64,000 nt of DNA from Marsupella aquatica. Lineage: Eukaryota > Plantae > Marchantiophyta. Of the stretch, positions 63,402 through 64,000 are shown one piece after another. The position numbers were made by a program, and so were the translations under genes. The stretch is from NCBI GenBank assembly GCA_973895155.1, contig OZ316893.1, forward strand, positions 23,582,015 to 23,646,014, given 5' to 3'. Every line of letters starts with the position of its first letter. Within the stretch, counting starts at the first letter, position 1. The notes below the pieces were generated by a model. That model was not told the DNA's origin. It was given only the letters and a program-made list of their open reading frames with translations, and ran no database searches.

Positions 63402-64000
63402 CACTAGTAGAAATACCCCCTATTTTTTACCATAAAATACGACTAACTATGACTAAAACCGGTCATGTATGACTGAAAATCACTGACGTCGTTCTTGCAA
63501 CTAGTAGTCATAAAAGTGGTGACTTGGATCAACTTAGTCATATTATTGACTAGTGTCATTAGTCATTTTAGTGACTAGAGGGTCAAGTATTTGGAACCAT
63601 ACATCAGTCAAACATAAGTGTTTAGAATGACTTAGTTCGAGTCATATGGGGTTTTCCGTGAGTGATTGATAACACTCAATTGACCGCACTAGTTTCCGTA
63701 GACAATGTTGTCATTCATAGTTGAGACTGAGTCATTAATGTCACAAAAGCACCAATCCAACTAACAATGGCACGATAATAACTCAAAATATGAGCAATCC
63801 ATAAAAAAAAGAGTATTACCCAACATCATGTACTCCAAATTGTGGTCATATATTGAAACAATCCTTCACATTTTGAGTCTCAAATTGTATTTGGTACCTA
63901 ACACTCTACAAATTTCTCAGGCCACATCACAAATGATTCCACAGCATCCACAAGATGGATGTGTGGCGGATCATCTCCCTTGTTTGGAAAGGGTAGAAGA
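63402..64000. mobile_element. End of a CACTA element that runs off the window
   Basis: CACTAGTAGAAA terminus, identical to the inverted end at 34778-34789, followed by GACT/AGTC subterminal repeats; truncates the upstream ORF. Confidence 0.85.

Noticed and set aside
34778-63413. The CACTAGTAGAAA ends at 34789 and 63402 as the two ends of one element enclosing 34790-63401
   Set aside because: Their subterminal repeats lie outside the interval, so they face away from it, and the flanks AAT and GTA do not match; they belong to separate copies.

Overview
Eukaryotic land-plant DNA with spliceosomal introns; the gene and transposon content looks bryophyte-like, which is an inference. Only the first ~4 kb is an ordinary host gene (SF3B2, minus strand, running off the left edge). 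After a MITE cluster, an L1 remnant and an At5g19025-like pseudogene, 14.5-64 kb is a nest of transposons, several with exact ends and target-site duplications (TSDs). (1) A complete 10.25-kb CACTA element (17525-27776, TSD TTT) has an uninterrupted SET-domain exon inside the first intron of its transposase. (2) It sits within an older CACTA element whose right end is at 34789. (3) Two ~4-kb TGT...ACA elements with 5-bp TSDs (30506-34360, 51437-55453) have no internal LTR pair and no gag/pol, but each carries one homologous 740-880 codon gene, consistent with gene-bearing solo LTRs. (4) Two copies of a 1.3-kb TIR element have 8-bp TSDs. (5) A Sola2-type DDD transposase lies next to RING and RPA1-like genes. 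(6) A RAD5/16-like SNF2 pseudogene is linked by a shared palindromic motif to a spliced gene ending in an N4/N6 (beta-class) DNA-methyltransferase-like domain. The recurring theme is transposons carrying chromatin- or DNA-modifying cargo, each with its own short motif arrays. All family calls come from motif recognition by eye; no searches were run.
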